Part shown: positions 28,209 through 37,691 of the stretch, piece by piece | How the letters are laid out: each line of letters opens with the position of its first letter | How positions within the stretch are numbered: the stretch's first letter is position 1 | Source of the DNA: a virus | Taxonomy: Duplodnaviria > Caudoviricetes | Virus record (IMG/VR): IMGVR_UViG_3300029288_000114 | Location: 1-64,000 of that record | Length of the DNA: 64,000 bases | Direction: 5' to 3' (one strand) | Made by a program: the position numbers and the translations under genes | Notes under the pieces: model-generated | Seen by the model: only the letters and a program-made list of their open reading frames with translations | What the model was told of the DNA's origin: nothing | Database searches by the model: none

Positions 28209-29875
28209 TACGCCCGCCATTTAGTGTCTCCGACAGAGAACCCGCGCCGCTTTAACTCGCGTACCGTATCAGATCGTGGCACAATAATAATCTGCGGGAC
28301 GTTGCTGTAGTGCCGAGTCGGGCCACCCACAAAAGCATAGCGCAAGGCGGAAGCAAAATCTTCGCCGTCCTTACCCGGGGTATCTCTATCAAATGTGCCA
28401 TCAGGCAGCTTCTTGCACTTAAAGCGGTGCATCAACGCATTGTCCAGACCTGGACAGCGTTTGGGATCGACGAACAGGCTACGATCTTGCGAGAAGTCGC
28501 GGAACGCATCACGCAATCGTCCAAGTCCGTAAGCAACACTGGCGACCTCTTTGTTAATCGTGCGGCAATTTAGGTCTTCTGGCCAGTCCTTGATTAGGTC
28601 TTCGCTGGCTTTCTCCGCCCAAAAGGTAGTGATGTGTAGCCCAAAATCGTCCAGGACTTTTTGTTTGATATTGCGCGCCGCCTCAATGAGTTTACTTGGA
28701 GTGCTGCTGTCGTCAGCCCATTCCGCTATTGCCCACCGAATCTTGTTTCCGTTACTGGCAGTATATGGCGCTTGTGCCATAACCACGATACGCCCACGAC
28801 CGCGCTGATCTATACCGGCACAGCAAGTCCAATTGTTCAAGTCTGCACCTTGCGGCGGGAACGGCAACCGACTACCCTCGTCGTACTGCGGGAACACTAA
28901 GCCCTGCTCTTTATCAGACAACAACAAATTCTGCAGCGCCCAAGACTCAGGATCGACAGCGTTCTTGAATTTGCCGAGCGCATCGCGGAATGGGTAATGC
29001 CCGCCGGCTTTTGCCCCTCGCCCCTTACACAACTCTTCAAAATTTCCAGTATACGGGTTCGTCCAATAATGGAATGGGCAAGCGCCACAATCAGTCGGGT
29101 ATTCCTGTCCGCAGCTTTCCATCGTGTCGAAGATGTCGAATTGATAGGTGGCAATGCCGCGATCCCTAGCCGTGTTAATGAGGGACTGCATCGTCCCGTT
29201 ACTATGGTATTGCGATGACGCCATCAGGGTCGTGGCGCTATGCCCGCCTTTTGACATGGGCATTTCCATCGCCGTAGCCAGGGTATTTGTGTCTATATGG
29301 TCTAGCTCGTCAATTACTAGAACTTGCGGATGCGGGCCAGATACAGCGCGCTCTGAACCGCCCGTCCTGATCTCTAACTTAGAGCCATTCGTTAAAATAG
29401 TTTTGCTAACTAGGGGATCGTCTGCCAGCATGTCGGAGAACAACGCGGAACGCATCAATCCATCCTCGCCGTCTTTCGCCTTGCTGCCAGCGTAATATGC
29501 GTATCCGTCGCGTGCTTGCCCCTCGCTGCCGCCAACGTGGACTACGAATATACCGTCCTTGAATAGCGTGGTGGCGACCTCGAAGATGGAGTATGCGCGA
29601 GTCTTGCCGCCGCCGCGATTGCCTCTGGCCAATAGGGTTTGCTCGCGCTCGAAGAACGCATCGGCGATGAATTGGAATGGGGACTTGTGTTCTTCGTGCG
29701 TGGCATAACGCGCCATCTTAAAGCCGAGCACGTCGCGTATCCACTCGTACAGATCGTCGTCGTTTCGTGGGCGCTGTGATGCTTTTAGTTTTAGGCGGCT
29801 AGTTTTCTCCGTCTGTGCGTCTTGCAGTAATTGCAAAAGCATCTGCGGAGGCAAGCTCTGAAAAGTCTGCGTCAA
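28205..29875 (-). CDS. terL: Terminase large subunit
   Basis: Walker A GNRGGGKT, Walker B VLVIDELD, RNase H-like AGID...ALRY. Confidence 0.85.
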   Translation of the reverse strand: MTQTFQSLPPQMLLQLLQDAQTEKTSRLKLKASQRPRNDDDLYEWIRDVLGFKMARYATHEEHKSPFQFIADAFFEREQTLLARGNRGGGKTRAYSIFEVATTLFKDGIFVVHVGGSEGQARDGYAYYAGSKAKDGEDGLMRSALFSDMLADDPLVSKTILTNGSKLEIRTGGSERAVSGPHPQVLVIDELDHIDTNTLATAMEMPMSKGGHSATTLMASSQYHSNGTMQSLINTARDRGIATYQFDIFDTMESCGQEYPTDCGACPFHYWTNPYTGNFEELCKGRGAKAGGHYPFRDALGKFKNAVDPESWALQNLLLSDKEQGLVFPQYDEGSRLPFPPQGADLNNWTCCAGIDQRGRGRIVVMAQAPYTASNGNKIRWAIAEWADDSSTPSKLIEAARNIKQKVLDDFGLHITTFWAEKASEDLIKDWPEDLNCRTINKEVASVAYGLGRLRDAFRDFSQDRSLFVDPKRCPGLDNALMHRFKCKKLPDGTFDRDTPGKDGEDFASALRYAFVGGPTRHYSNVPQIIIVPRSDTVRELKRRGFSVGDTKWRAY

Positions 29876-30350
29876 TTATATCACCCGTATTTATTGCGCC
29901 CTGAATGGCACCGATCAGTTGTTCTAGTTGGTCAGCACTCATCGACGAGAAGTCGAATAGCTGCGCGGTATTGTTCTGTACATTGACATTGATACCGGGT
30001 TGGTTGGTGTGCTTTCTAGCAAAGTCCAATATGTCCAATGCGTCGCGGTCTGACAGCGGGAGATCGCTTGCCACGCGCCTCGCCAGCTTGTCTTCCAAGA
30101 GATTCTGCGCATACGCGAGTTGGCGATGGTTGCTCGCGAGTGGGACATATTGTATAATCTCATCTACGCGGCGGTTGACCTCGATGCCCGCTGGCGTGGT
30201 AGCGTTGACAAGTTCCATTACCTCTGGAACATTCATATCGCATAGCTCGGCAATGTTGCGCACGTCTGGCACATAGACAATGCCGCGCCGCGCAATCATT
30301 TCTTGGAGAACGCATTGTTGCCCACGGTTGAGAACGGTTAATGGTTTCAT
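29799..30350 (-). CDS. Terminase small subunit (putative)
   Basis: Directly upstream of and overlapping terL. INVNVQNN...FDFSSMSADQLEQL tail is typical of TerS. Confidence 0.6.
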   Translation of the reverse strand: MKPLTVLNRGQQCVLQEMIARRGIVYVPDVRNIAELCDMNVPEVMELVNATTPAGIEVNRRVDEIIQYVPLASNHRQLAYAQNLLEDKLARRVASDLPLSDRDALDILDFARKHTNQPGINVNVQNNTAQLFDFSSMSADQLEQLIGAIQGAINTGDIIDADFSELASADAFAITARRTDGEN

Positions 30351-30357
30351 TGTTAAT

Positions 30358-30393
30358 ATTGTATGATAGCGATCAATGGTCAACGAACCTTGA
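30358..30393 (-). promoter_or_regulatory. Putative late promoter TCAAGGTT-N22-TACAAT (terminase operon)
   Basis: Shared motif with 22-bp spacing. ATG follows 7 nt after the -10, suggesting a leaderless mRNA. Confidence 0.55.
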
Positions 30394-30401
30394 ACACCCA
30401 T

Positions 30402-30429
30402 TTGACACCTGATAAAACAGTGGTAGAAT
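30402..30429 (+). promoter_or_regulatory. Sigma70-type promoter TTGACA-N16-TAGAAT
   Basis: Consensus -35 and extended -10 at the strand switch. Confidence 0.7.
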
Positions 30430-30437
30430 TACTTTTG

Positions 30438-30767
30438 ATGGGAATACGCAAAGACCTCATAAACAAATACGATACACCGCAACGTCGCCAGGACATCATC
30501 ATGCGCGATGGCGGCAGGTGCGTAATGTGCTCCGCGCAAGCGCAAGACATTCATGAGATCGTTAGCCGCTCGGCGTGGGCAAGCACAGATCGAGATATTG
30601 AGCTATGCTTCTCACTAAAGAACAGTGTGTGTCTGTGCCGCAAGCATCACGATCATCTACAGGGACTCCCGCAATACAAGCGAATACTTTTAGAGATGCT
30701 ACGCGAGAAGTATGGGTATGAATACGCAGAGCGCGAGTTTGCGCAATACCTGGGGGAATATGGCTGA
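30438..30767 (+). CDS. HNH-like nuclease
   Basis: RDGGRCVMC...DIHEIVSR...NSVCLCRKHH. Confidence 0.8.
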   Translation: MGIRKDLINKYDTPQRRQDIIMRDGGRCVMCSAQAQDIHEIVSRSAWASTDRDIELCFSLKNSVCLCRKHHDHLQGLPQYKRILLEMLREKYGYEYAEREFAQYLGEYG

Positions 30768-30945
30768 GTTAAGAAAGTACAAATGCTGCAAGTGCGGCTA
30801 CGAAGAAGAGCGGATTGACTTCGTGGACGGCGTTGATTGCCCGCATTGTGCGGGCTTTATGTATCCCGTGGGCGTCTCAGCGTTCCAGGAATATCACACT
30901 GAACCAAAATCAGATATACTAGAGCTAGGAGAACAGAATGCCTGA
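30760..30945 (+). CDS. Small zinc-ribbon protein
   Basis: YKCCKCG...CPHCAG. Confidence 0.6.
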   Translation: MAELRKYKCCKCGYEEERIDFVDGVDCPHCAGFMYPVGVSAFQEYHTEPKSDILELGEQNA

Positions 30946-31951
30946 TTGGACTGATGTACTAAACGAATCTATCCGTATCATACGCGAGGGCAAGGCGAGC
31001 GGGTGGAGACCGCTAGAGCGGCAGTTGGAAAAGGAGCTTTATCATGTGTCGCGATCCGGTATGCAAGCGGCGTTTAGTCGCGAGTTCGACATAGAAGAAT
31101 GGGACGACATTGTGGCTATGGCAAATGGCGGGTATGGTGGATCAGTAGACGATTTAACAGAAGAGTCTGACGAGCAACAAAGAATAAAAGTAACACACTC
31201 CGCGATCTCCGATGGGTTGATCGCGTATCTAGCAGATAAGCACTTCCCGTTCCATGACGCTAAGGCGATTGCATTGGCGGCTAAGTTGCTATTGGCGTTT
31301 GCGCCAGACGAAGTTATTGATGGCGGCGATGGGCAGGATATGTACGCAGTGTCCAGTTTTGACAAAGACCCTAAACGAGTCCTGTGTTTACAAGACGAAC
31401 TGGATGTTGGGTATAAATACAATCGCATTCTAAGGGATGCTACGCCGGAGGCGAAGTGGTACGAACTCGACTCCAACCACGAGGCCCGCTGGGACAGGTA
31501 TTTACACTCGCATCCTGAGATCAGTGGATTGCGGGCACTAGAGCTGCACAATCTGATGCGATTTGACGATCTGGGATGGGAATACGGCGGAACGGAGCGT
31601 TGGTATTGTGGTGGAGCTCTGGCTTTCTTGCACGGCACTAGATGCAGTAAGCACGCTGGATGGGCGGCGAAGGCAGAGTTGGAATCGCGCTTCTTTCAGC
31701 AGCACGTCGTGCAGGGGCACAATCACAAAGTCGGGTATTACTCGGCGCGCGGGCCACTTAATAAGGTCGAGGGCTACGAGGTGGGATGTTTGTGTGATCT
31801 TGAGCCAGAATATGTCAACCATCCCAACTGGAATCAGGGCATAATGTTTGTCACGATTTATAATTCTGTGCCCACGTTTGAGAATATTATATTCCAGAAA
31901 GACGAGTCTGGAACGTGGGCGTCATTCAGGGGAAAGGTATACAGGGGATGA
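30938..31951 (+). CDS. Calcineurin-like metallophosphoesterase
   Basis: DKHFP, GGDGQD, SNHE, LHG, GHNH motifs. Confidence 0.88.
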   Translation: MPDWTDVLNESIRIIREGKASGWRPLERQLEKELYHVSRSGMQAAFSREFDIEEWDDIVAMANGGYGGSVDDLTEESDEQQRIKVTHSAISDGLIAYLADKHFPFHDAKAIALAAKLLLAFAPDEVIDGGDGQDMYAVSSFDKDPKRVLCLQDELDVGYKYNRILRDATPEAKWYELDSNHEARWDRYLHSHPEISGLRALELHNLMRFDDLGWEYGGTERWYCGGALAFLHGTRCSKHAGWAAKAELESRFFQQHVVQGHNHKVGYYSARGPLNKVEGYEVGCLCDLEPEYVNHPNWNQGIMFVTIYNSVPTFENIIFQKDESGTWASFRGKVYRG

Positions 31952-32327
31952 AAATCGAGGACTTTTTGCAAATGGTAGAAGATGATGATATGAAGTTGCT
32001 GGATACACTAAGCGCCAAGGCGACGACTACGCCGGTGACGAGAATGCGCTACGCTGTTTTGAAACAACTGCGGCAATGTGCGACATGCTTAACATCGATG
32101 CCAAGACTCCGCATGGCGTGGCGATGATTTTAGAAATCGTCAAGATTACGAGAATGTGCACTCTGATGTTTGAAGAGCGTAACCCCAAGAATGAGGCGCT
32201 TACCGATTCGTTCGCTGATGCACATGGCTATTTGCACCTAGCCAAAGCGTGTTTTATAAACGAACAAGAAATCGGCAACGAGAGCGCGGGATATACTGTC
32301 ACCTTTACATATCCGGTGGGCTGGTGA
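31948..32327 (+). pseudogene. DUF1599 / nucleotide-modification-associated helical protein split by a 1-nt frameshift (or assembly error)
   Basis: One extra G at about 32020 joins two ORFs and restores K-GDDYAGDENALRCF...VKITR...DSFADAHGY. Confidence 0.65.
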
Positions 32328-32842
32328 ACGAACGCGGCACAATTGCGGGCGAGGCGTCTCGCTCGTTCCGCAAGCATCACTGGTCTGTTAATGTAACCAG
32401 AGACGCAGTGCGTTGTCCGCGTTGCGGGACAATGATATACCCAGATGCGGCAGCGGGATGTTTCGATATTCGCATTGGTGCTCCGATGTGGGACGAGCGC
32501 GATACGGCGTGGTATGCGGTTGAAGTTAAGTACGGCAAGACCGCATACCCATTCTCTAACTTTGATGAGAAGAAACGAGAATGGGCAAAGTCGCACGCTG
32601 ATGATTACTCCATGTGGATATGGCTTGGCATGGGTGTGTCGATCCGCGACGACAAGTATCCCCGCGTTACATACCTATTCCCGCTGGATGTATTCTATCG
32701 GCTAGAAACCGCCCTGGAACGGAAGTCGATCCCGTATGGTTGTCCAGAGTTGGATAAATATAAGTTGCAATGGCTTGGTGGTGGAACGTGGAAAATCCAC
32801 GATCTGTTTTTCGAGAGTTTGGTATTTGCCAAGACGGACTAG
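32324..32842 (+). CDS. PD-(D/E)XK nuclease, RecU/Holliday-junction resolvase-like
   Basis: GCFDI...AVEVKY motif, next to recA. Confidence 0.55.
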   Translation: MNERGTIAGEASRSFRKHHWSVNVTRDAVRCPRCGTMIYPDAAAGCFDIRIGAPMWDERDTAWYAVEVKYGKTAYPFSNFDEKKREWAKSHADDYSMWIWLGMGVSIRDDKYPRVTYLFPLDVFYRLETALERKSIPYGCPELDKYKLQWLGGGTWKIHDLFFESLVFAKTD

Positions 32843-32971
32843 ATATAACATTTGAAGAGCTTCCGTCTGGCAATATCAGACTGGTAATGCAAGGATATGG
32901 CATAACCGAGTTGTCGCCAGCGTGCTACAATAGACTGGCTAGGTTTCTTCTCATGGTGTACGGAGGACAAT

Positions 32972-34027
32972 GTGGTAAAAAAGAAAACTGACGGTGTGAC
33001 TTTCCCGGAAGATGACAATTCATTTAGCAATATAGAATATATATCTACTGGGAGTATAGCGGTTGACTTCGCGCTTGGGCGCAAGGGTGTGCGTTGCGGA
33101 CTCCCGCGCGGACTCGTTAGTACAATTTGGGGCATAGAGGGTGGCGGTAAAAGCACATTTGTTTCCAGTTGCATCCGTGAAGCGCAGAAGATTGGCGAGG
33201 TTGCCGTATTCGACACAGAGCTACGCATCGACCCGTTTTATATGAGCAGCATGGGCGTAGATGTTGATGCGCTAACTATTGGGCAGCCCGACTACGCCAA
33301 TGGCGTATTCGGGGAACAGCTTGGAGATAGCATCATCGAACTCGCAAAGTCTGGTAGATATGTTATGATTGTGCTGGACAGCGTTGCCGCATGGGTGCCG
33401 AAGAACATCGCGGAGGGCGAAGTGTCTGAACACAGTCCTGGGTTGCACGCCAGAATGGTTAGTAAGTTCCTGATGTCGGCAGTGAACCATCTTAAAAAAA
33501 CCAATACGGCATTAGTATTTACTAGCCAGAGACGCGCCAAGTTCGGCGGGATGTCTTTCGCCGGGCCATCCTACGAAATATCTGGCGGGAATGCATTGAA
33601 GTTCTATTCCTCTGTGTTCGCCAGGATAGATCGCCTTAAGAACATAACTCCGTCTTCCACAGCAAAAGAGGTGATTGGTATTCGTAGCCGTATCACTATG
33701 CAAAAGAATTGCGGGCCGGCCTATACGTGGGCAGAGTTCGAGATTACAGACTCTCTTGGATTAGATAAAGCAATTGAGGTGTTTGAGCTTGGCAAACCAT
33801 TCAATATCGCGTATAGCAAAGGCGCTTGGTATTACTACGTTGATGAGAATGGAGAAGAAATAAGAGCTGGACAGGGGCGCACTAATGCGGTGCAGTTCTT
33901 GCGCGACAATCCAGACCTACTCGAATCGCTACGGAACAGAATAGCAGTCGCAATGAGTGAGCGATATGCTCCGCAGGAATCAGACGTTGAGGGAGACGAA
34001 AATGTGGAAAACACCGAGAGCAATTAA
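32972..34027 (+). CDS. recA: RecA-family recombinase
   Basis: ISTGSIAVDFALG, GLPRG, GIEGGGKST, VLDSVAA, SGGNALKFYSS, KGAWY, GQGR. Confidence 0.95.
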   Translation: MVKKKTDGVTFPEDDNSFSNIEYISTGSIAVDFALGRKGVRCGLPRGLVSTIWGIEGGGKSTFVSSCIREAQKIGEVAVFDTELRIDPFYMSSMGVDVDALTIGQPDYANGVFGEQLGDSIIELAKSGRYVMIVLDSVAAWVPKNIAEGEVSEHSPGLHARMVSKFLMSAVNHLKKTNTALVFTSQRRAKFGGMSFAGPSYEISGGNALKFYSSVFARIDRLKNITPSSTAKEVIGIRSRITMQKNCGPAYTWAEFEITDSLGLDKAIEVFELGKPFNIAYSKGAWYYYVDENGEEIRAGQGRTNAVQFLRDNPDLLESLRNRIAVAMSERYAPQESDVEGDENVENTESN

Positions 34028-34484
34028 GGAACTGATCGAAGAATACAACCGTTTATCAGACGAGGATAAAGGGCTGCTTGAAAAAACATCATTGACACGG
34101 CTATGTTATTCTTATGCGAAAAATGAGGACAGGGAAGAGCGAGAGAAACGAAACGCGGATAGAAACGCGAAGCTGCGCGAGATTGCCGAGCGCGAGTTTG
34201 TGCCATTCACGTATTGGGATGTGCTGTTTGAGTTGCCGGGGAAGCAAACATACGCAATAGAAGTAATTGATTACGAATTCACTGATGGCAACCGCTTCGT
34301 CAGCGCGCACGACAAATACGGAATATTAATAGTTGCCGAAGACGCGATTATGCTGCGCGCGACAGAAGTTATTGTGGACTCTATTGATCGTCTTCCAGAT
34401 TGGTGCCCATTATTTAAGTGCGAGTTCGGCACATATCGAACGTCGCCGCAGTGGGTCAAGGAGAGCGCAAATGCAAATGACTAA
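34002..34484 (+). CDS. Hypothetical protein
   Basis: GGGAG RBS, overlaps the recA end. Confidence 0.6.
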   Translation: MWKTPRAIKELIEEYNRLSDEDKGLLEKTSLTRLCYSYAKNEDREEREKRNADRNAKLREIAEREFVPFTYWDVLFELPGKQTYAIEVIDYEFTDGNRFVSAHDKYGILIVAEDAIMLRATEVIVDSIDRLPDWCPLFKCEFGTYRTSPQWVKESANAND

Positions 34485-34938
34485 AGTGTGGGGCAACCGC
34501 TTCCGTAAATTACAAGCCACTGGTAAGAATACGTTCTCGTACTCCGAAATCTCTGATATGTTCGGCATTGCCACGGCAAACGTGGCACAGAAGTTCAAGG
34601 AAATCCGCGAGATCGAGCCGGACGCAATCACCGAAGCGGAGACAGACGATGACACCAGGCACAAGATGTTCCAATTCGACTATGACATTCTCCTGGGTGA
34701 AGCAGATGACGAACCAGAACCAGAACCAGAATTCCCCGACTGGATGGCGCGTGGCACATATGACTCCATTATGGAACGCCTAAATCTCGCAAGCGGATAT
34801 TGGGTGGCTTACGAGCACCTGGACTGGGAACGACAATATCAACGTGGCGGTGTAAGGGTTGTAGTATATGAAGACGGTCAAAAAGCTCCAGAGCACGAAC
34901 GCATATATCGCCTAGACAACTGTATCATAGTCAATTAA
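34471..34938 (+). CDS. Hypothetical protein, possible N-terminal HTH
   Basis: FSYSEISDMFGIATANV, AAGGAG RBS. Confidence 0.55.
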   Translation: MQMTKVWGNRFRKLQATGKNTFSYSEISDMFGIATANVAQKFKEIREIEPDAITEAETDDDTRHKMFQFDYDILLGEADDEPEPEPEFPDWMARGTYDSIMERLNLASGYWVAYEHLDWERQYQRGGVRVVVYEDGQKAPEHERIYRLDNCIIVN

Positions 34939-34960
34939 CAATAGCATAGCGTGCCAGGAT

Positions 34961-34988
34961 CGGCAATTCTAATTGAGTTGCCGTTTTT
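34961..34988 (+). terminator. Intrinsic terminator
   Basis: CGGCAATTC/GAGTTGCCG stem followed by TTTTT. Confidence 0.7.
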
Positions 34989-35005
34989 CGTTTCTATGCT
35001 ATAAT
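34978..35005 (+). promoter_or_regulatory. Sigma70-type promoter TTGCCG-N16-TATAAT, likely leaderless (ATG 35013)
   Basis: Perfect extended -10 located 7 nt before the ATG of MPGYKDH. Confidence 0.6.
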
Positions 35006-35012
35006 GTCACGT

Positions 35013-35672
35013 ATGCCGGGTTACAAAGATCACAAAACGGTTACTGGTATAGCCAGCGCGCTCACTGCTGGCGGTGTGTTTGTGGGCTATCAAATAACCT
35101 ATCGCGTAGGCGAATACTTTGAGTGGTTGCCGCCCGGCTCTGTGGATGAGAAGTTACCTAACACGCTGTTCGTTATGGCATTGATAGCTGCCGGTGTTTA
35201 TTTCGGCGGCACATTAAACAGTCCAGACCTAGACACGCCCAGTACGCCATATAATCATTGGGGCATATTCAGATTTATCTGGTTGCCCTATCAGATAATG
35301 ATAAAGCACAGATCGCCGTTCTCGCACTGGCCCGTATTGGCAAGTGTATTTAAGCTGACATATTTGTTCGTTATGCTCAACCTGATTATTGACGTGCTGA
35401 TCTTAATGGCTAATCTGTGGTTTATTGCCATTGGCGATTCATTTAGAATCGCCGTGACTGTATGGCAAGTGGCGGCGTTTTTATTTCAGCCGTTACGGTA
35501 TCCGGTCGTGTGGGTATTCATTGTCGGGGATGTGATTGGGGAAACATCCCACATCATCACGGACTGGCTAGACGGGCGCAGGCGAGTTCGGTATTGGGAC
35601 GATACTGTTCCAACGCTCTCCGATGGCGAGGTGGATACTCCGCACGACCATCGCAATCGATACGGGGGATAA
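35013..35672 (+). CDS. DUF2227-family membrane metal-binding protein
   Basis: MPG..DH, SPDLDTPS, WG..RFIWLPY....KHRS..SH.P, SHIITD motifs. Confidence 0.85.
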   Translation: MPGYKDHKTVTGIASALTAGGVFVGYQITYRVGEYFEWLPPGSVDEKLPNTLFVMALIAAGVYFGGTLNSPDLDTPSTPYNHWGIFRFIWLPYQIMIKHRSPFSHWPVLASVFKLTYLFVMLNLIIDVLILMANLWFIAIGDSFRIAVTVWQVAAFLFQPLRYPVVWVFIVGDVIGETSHIITDWLDGRRRVRYWDDTVPTLSDGEVDTPHDHRNRYGG

Positions 35673-36029
35673 ATGAAAACTGCATTTCTGTTGTGTTGCG
35701 TTGTGGCTATTGCTATTTTTGGCTATATAGTCGTAGATGAGTATATGAGCAATAGAACTGTGTCTTTGACCGGACAAGTCACGGCTCTGTCTATGGAGAA
35801 TGCAGAACTGCGTCGCCAGCTCGTAGCAAAGAATAATGAGCGTCTATTGTACGAGGCCGCGCAAAAGGATAACGACACCGTGAACTTGATTGCGCAGTGG
35901 CATGTCTTTCAACCAGTCCTGTTGCTTTTAGGCGGGATATGTCTTGCGGTATTCTTGCCCTTGATCTGGATGGGATGGACATATGCGCTGCGGTATTACC
36001 TGAGCGCAGTTAGGAAATTCGATGAATGA
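35673..36029 (+). CDS. Two-TM coiled-coil membrane protein
   Basis: N- and C-terminal hydrophobic helices, coupled to neighbours. Confidence 0.65.
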   Translation: MKTAFLLCCVVAIAIFGYIVVDEYMSNRTVSLTGQVTALSMENAELRRQLVAKNNERLLYEAAQKDNDTVNLIAQWHVFQPVLLLLGGICLAVFLPLIWMGWTYALRYYLSAVRKFDE

Positions 36030-37437
36030 TCCTAGACTCGAACGCATCCTCAACAGGGCCGCAGACATCATTGAGGGCGCCTGCTATAATGAGGGACTGC
36101 CGGTGCGCATTGGCGAGAGCGACATTGTTGTTCTGGCTAATCAATGCCGCATGTATGCACATCCGTTGCTAGACGCACGCTCCGTAAGGGCTTGGGAGCG
36201 TGAGAGGCTTAAGACCGAGTATCAAGGATATAAGTTCGAGAACGCCTTCCGCAATGTAGCCACAATCAAAACAAAGGCGTACTCAGTCATCAAGGGGATG
36301 ACTGGATTACCGGCGAATAGCGACTTCGGCATTGATGTGGGCGGCGGCGCGATTGTGTTCGATTTTAACCTCACCGATCTAGCCGGAGAACAATACTTCC
36401 ATCCCCTGATGTACGAAGACAGCTCGCGCAAGGGGCAGCTCGTAATTGGGCGCACCCTAGAAAGCGAAGGCGTGGTGGTGAATCCAGAGGGCATAGATCA
36501 CCATCACATTTTGATGGTTGGCTCTACTGGCAGCGGGAAAACGGTGCTGGCGAACACACTGATTGGTGCAGCGATCTCTGTATATCCGCCGTCAGAACTG
36601 CGCTTGTTCGTGTCATCTGGTAAAGAGGAAGACATCATCGTGTGGGATGGCGTGCCACACCTGTTGTATAAGCCGTCTCACGATTCCCGCGAGGTTGTGG
36701 CAATGCTGTCTTGGGCAAAGATGGAACGCGAACGGCGTAGCCACTTGCCAGCCCGCGATAAAGGGTTATTGCCGCACATCGTCATCTACATTGGCGAAAT
36801 CAGTGCGCTACTTGGCGGCGCTGGCGCATCTGAAATGGAAATCCTGCTTGACGATCTGCTATGTATGGGGCGCTCATCCAAAATTCATCTGTGGGTTACG
36901 ACACAACGCCCCACCGGGAAGAAGGTGGGTAGCTCTGATGCCAAAGGGCAATTCAAATTGGTGCTATGCGGCGCTATGCAGAATCCGCAGGATGCCTACA
37001 TCGCTCTTGGTATGGGGAAGTCCGGCGCTGAATTTTTGCCTAACAAGGGCGCATTTATTACCAACAACGGCACGCGCTTCCAGGCGGCGTTCCTGGGTGA
37101 TGACGAGCATCCCGAACAAATAAACGATCTTGTGGCAACGGCGCGTGGCAAGTGGGGTGAGCCGGAATATATAGAATTAGACGTGGCTGCGGTTGGAGAT
37201 GTTGAATCAAGCAACCTCACGCAAGACATCCTGGATGTGGTCAACACTATCAGGTCGAACAATTTGACCGAGTTAGCCAAGAGTTACATATCAACTGTAA
37301 TGGGGTGGGGATACAATCGCGCAAACCGCGTGTGGCTTGAGCTAGAGCGGGTCGGTGTAATCTTGCCGCGCGAGAGCAAGAATGTGCCCGCGCAACTCGA
37401 TTTAGAAGTAATGAATAAGGAATATGGAAAGGGTTAG
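36022..37437 (+). CDS. FtsK/SpoIIIE-family ATPase with C-terminal gamma-like winged helix
   Basis: HILMVGSTGSGKT, EMERR-like segment, HIVIYIGE, GRSSKIHL..TQRP, GAEFL...G, MGWGYNRANR...LE..GVI. Confidence 0.88.
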   Translation: MNDPRLERILNRAADIIEGACYNEGLPVRIGESDIVVLANQCRMYAHPLLDARSVRAWERERLKTEYQGYKFENAFRNVATIKTKAYSVIKGMTGLPANSDFGIDVGGGAIVFDFNLTDLAGEQYFHPLMYEDSSRKGQLVIGRTLESEGVVVNPEGIDHHHILMVGSTGSGKTVLANTLIGAAISVYPPSELRLFVSSGKEEDIIVWDGVPHLLYKPSHDSREVVAMLSWAKMERERRSHLPARDKGLLPHIVIYIGEISALLGGAGASEMEILLDDLLCMGRSSKIHLWVTTQRPTGKKVGSSDAKGQFKLVLCGAMQNPQDAYIALGMGKSGAEFLPNKGAFITNNGTRFQAAFLGDDEHPEQINDLVATARGKWGEPEYIELDVAAVGDVESSNLTQDILDVVNTIRSNNLTELAKSYISTVMGWGYNRANRVWLELERVGVILPRESKNVPAQLDLEVMNKEYGKG

Positions 37438-37442
37438 ATAGA

Positions 37443-37643
37443 ATGGACGAGAAAACTATTTGCGTTAATCTGTCTCTGTTTGTGGCGCAGTATATAGCAT
37501 GGGCGCTCAGTTTGATCGCGTCGTTTGCTGGCGGCGTGGTATTCTGGTCTAGGCACGCCAAATACAACAACGTGTCTAACGAACAACAGCCGCAAATCGC
37601 GCAGACTCCGGCGACTCCTGGACGTCGGGTGCGTTCGGCATAA
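37443..37643 (+). CDS. Small single-TM protein
   Basis: Hydrophobic N-terminal half, within the operon. Confidence 0.5.
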   Translation: MDEKTICVNLSLFVAQYIAWALSLIASFAGGVVFWSRHAKYNNVSNEQQPQIAQTPATPGRRVRSA

Positions 37644-37691
37644 GGTTTGCGACACCCGGCAAGGCGGGTAACATAGGGCAACATCCCCCTC

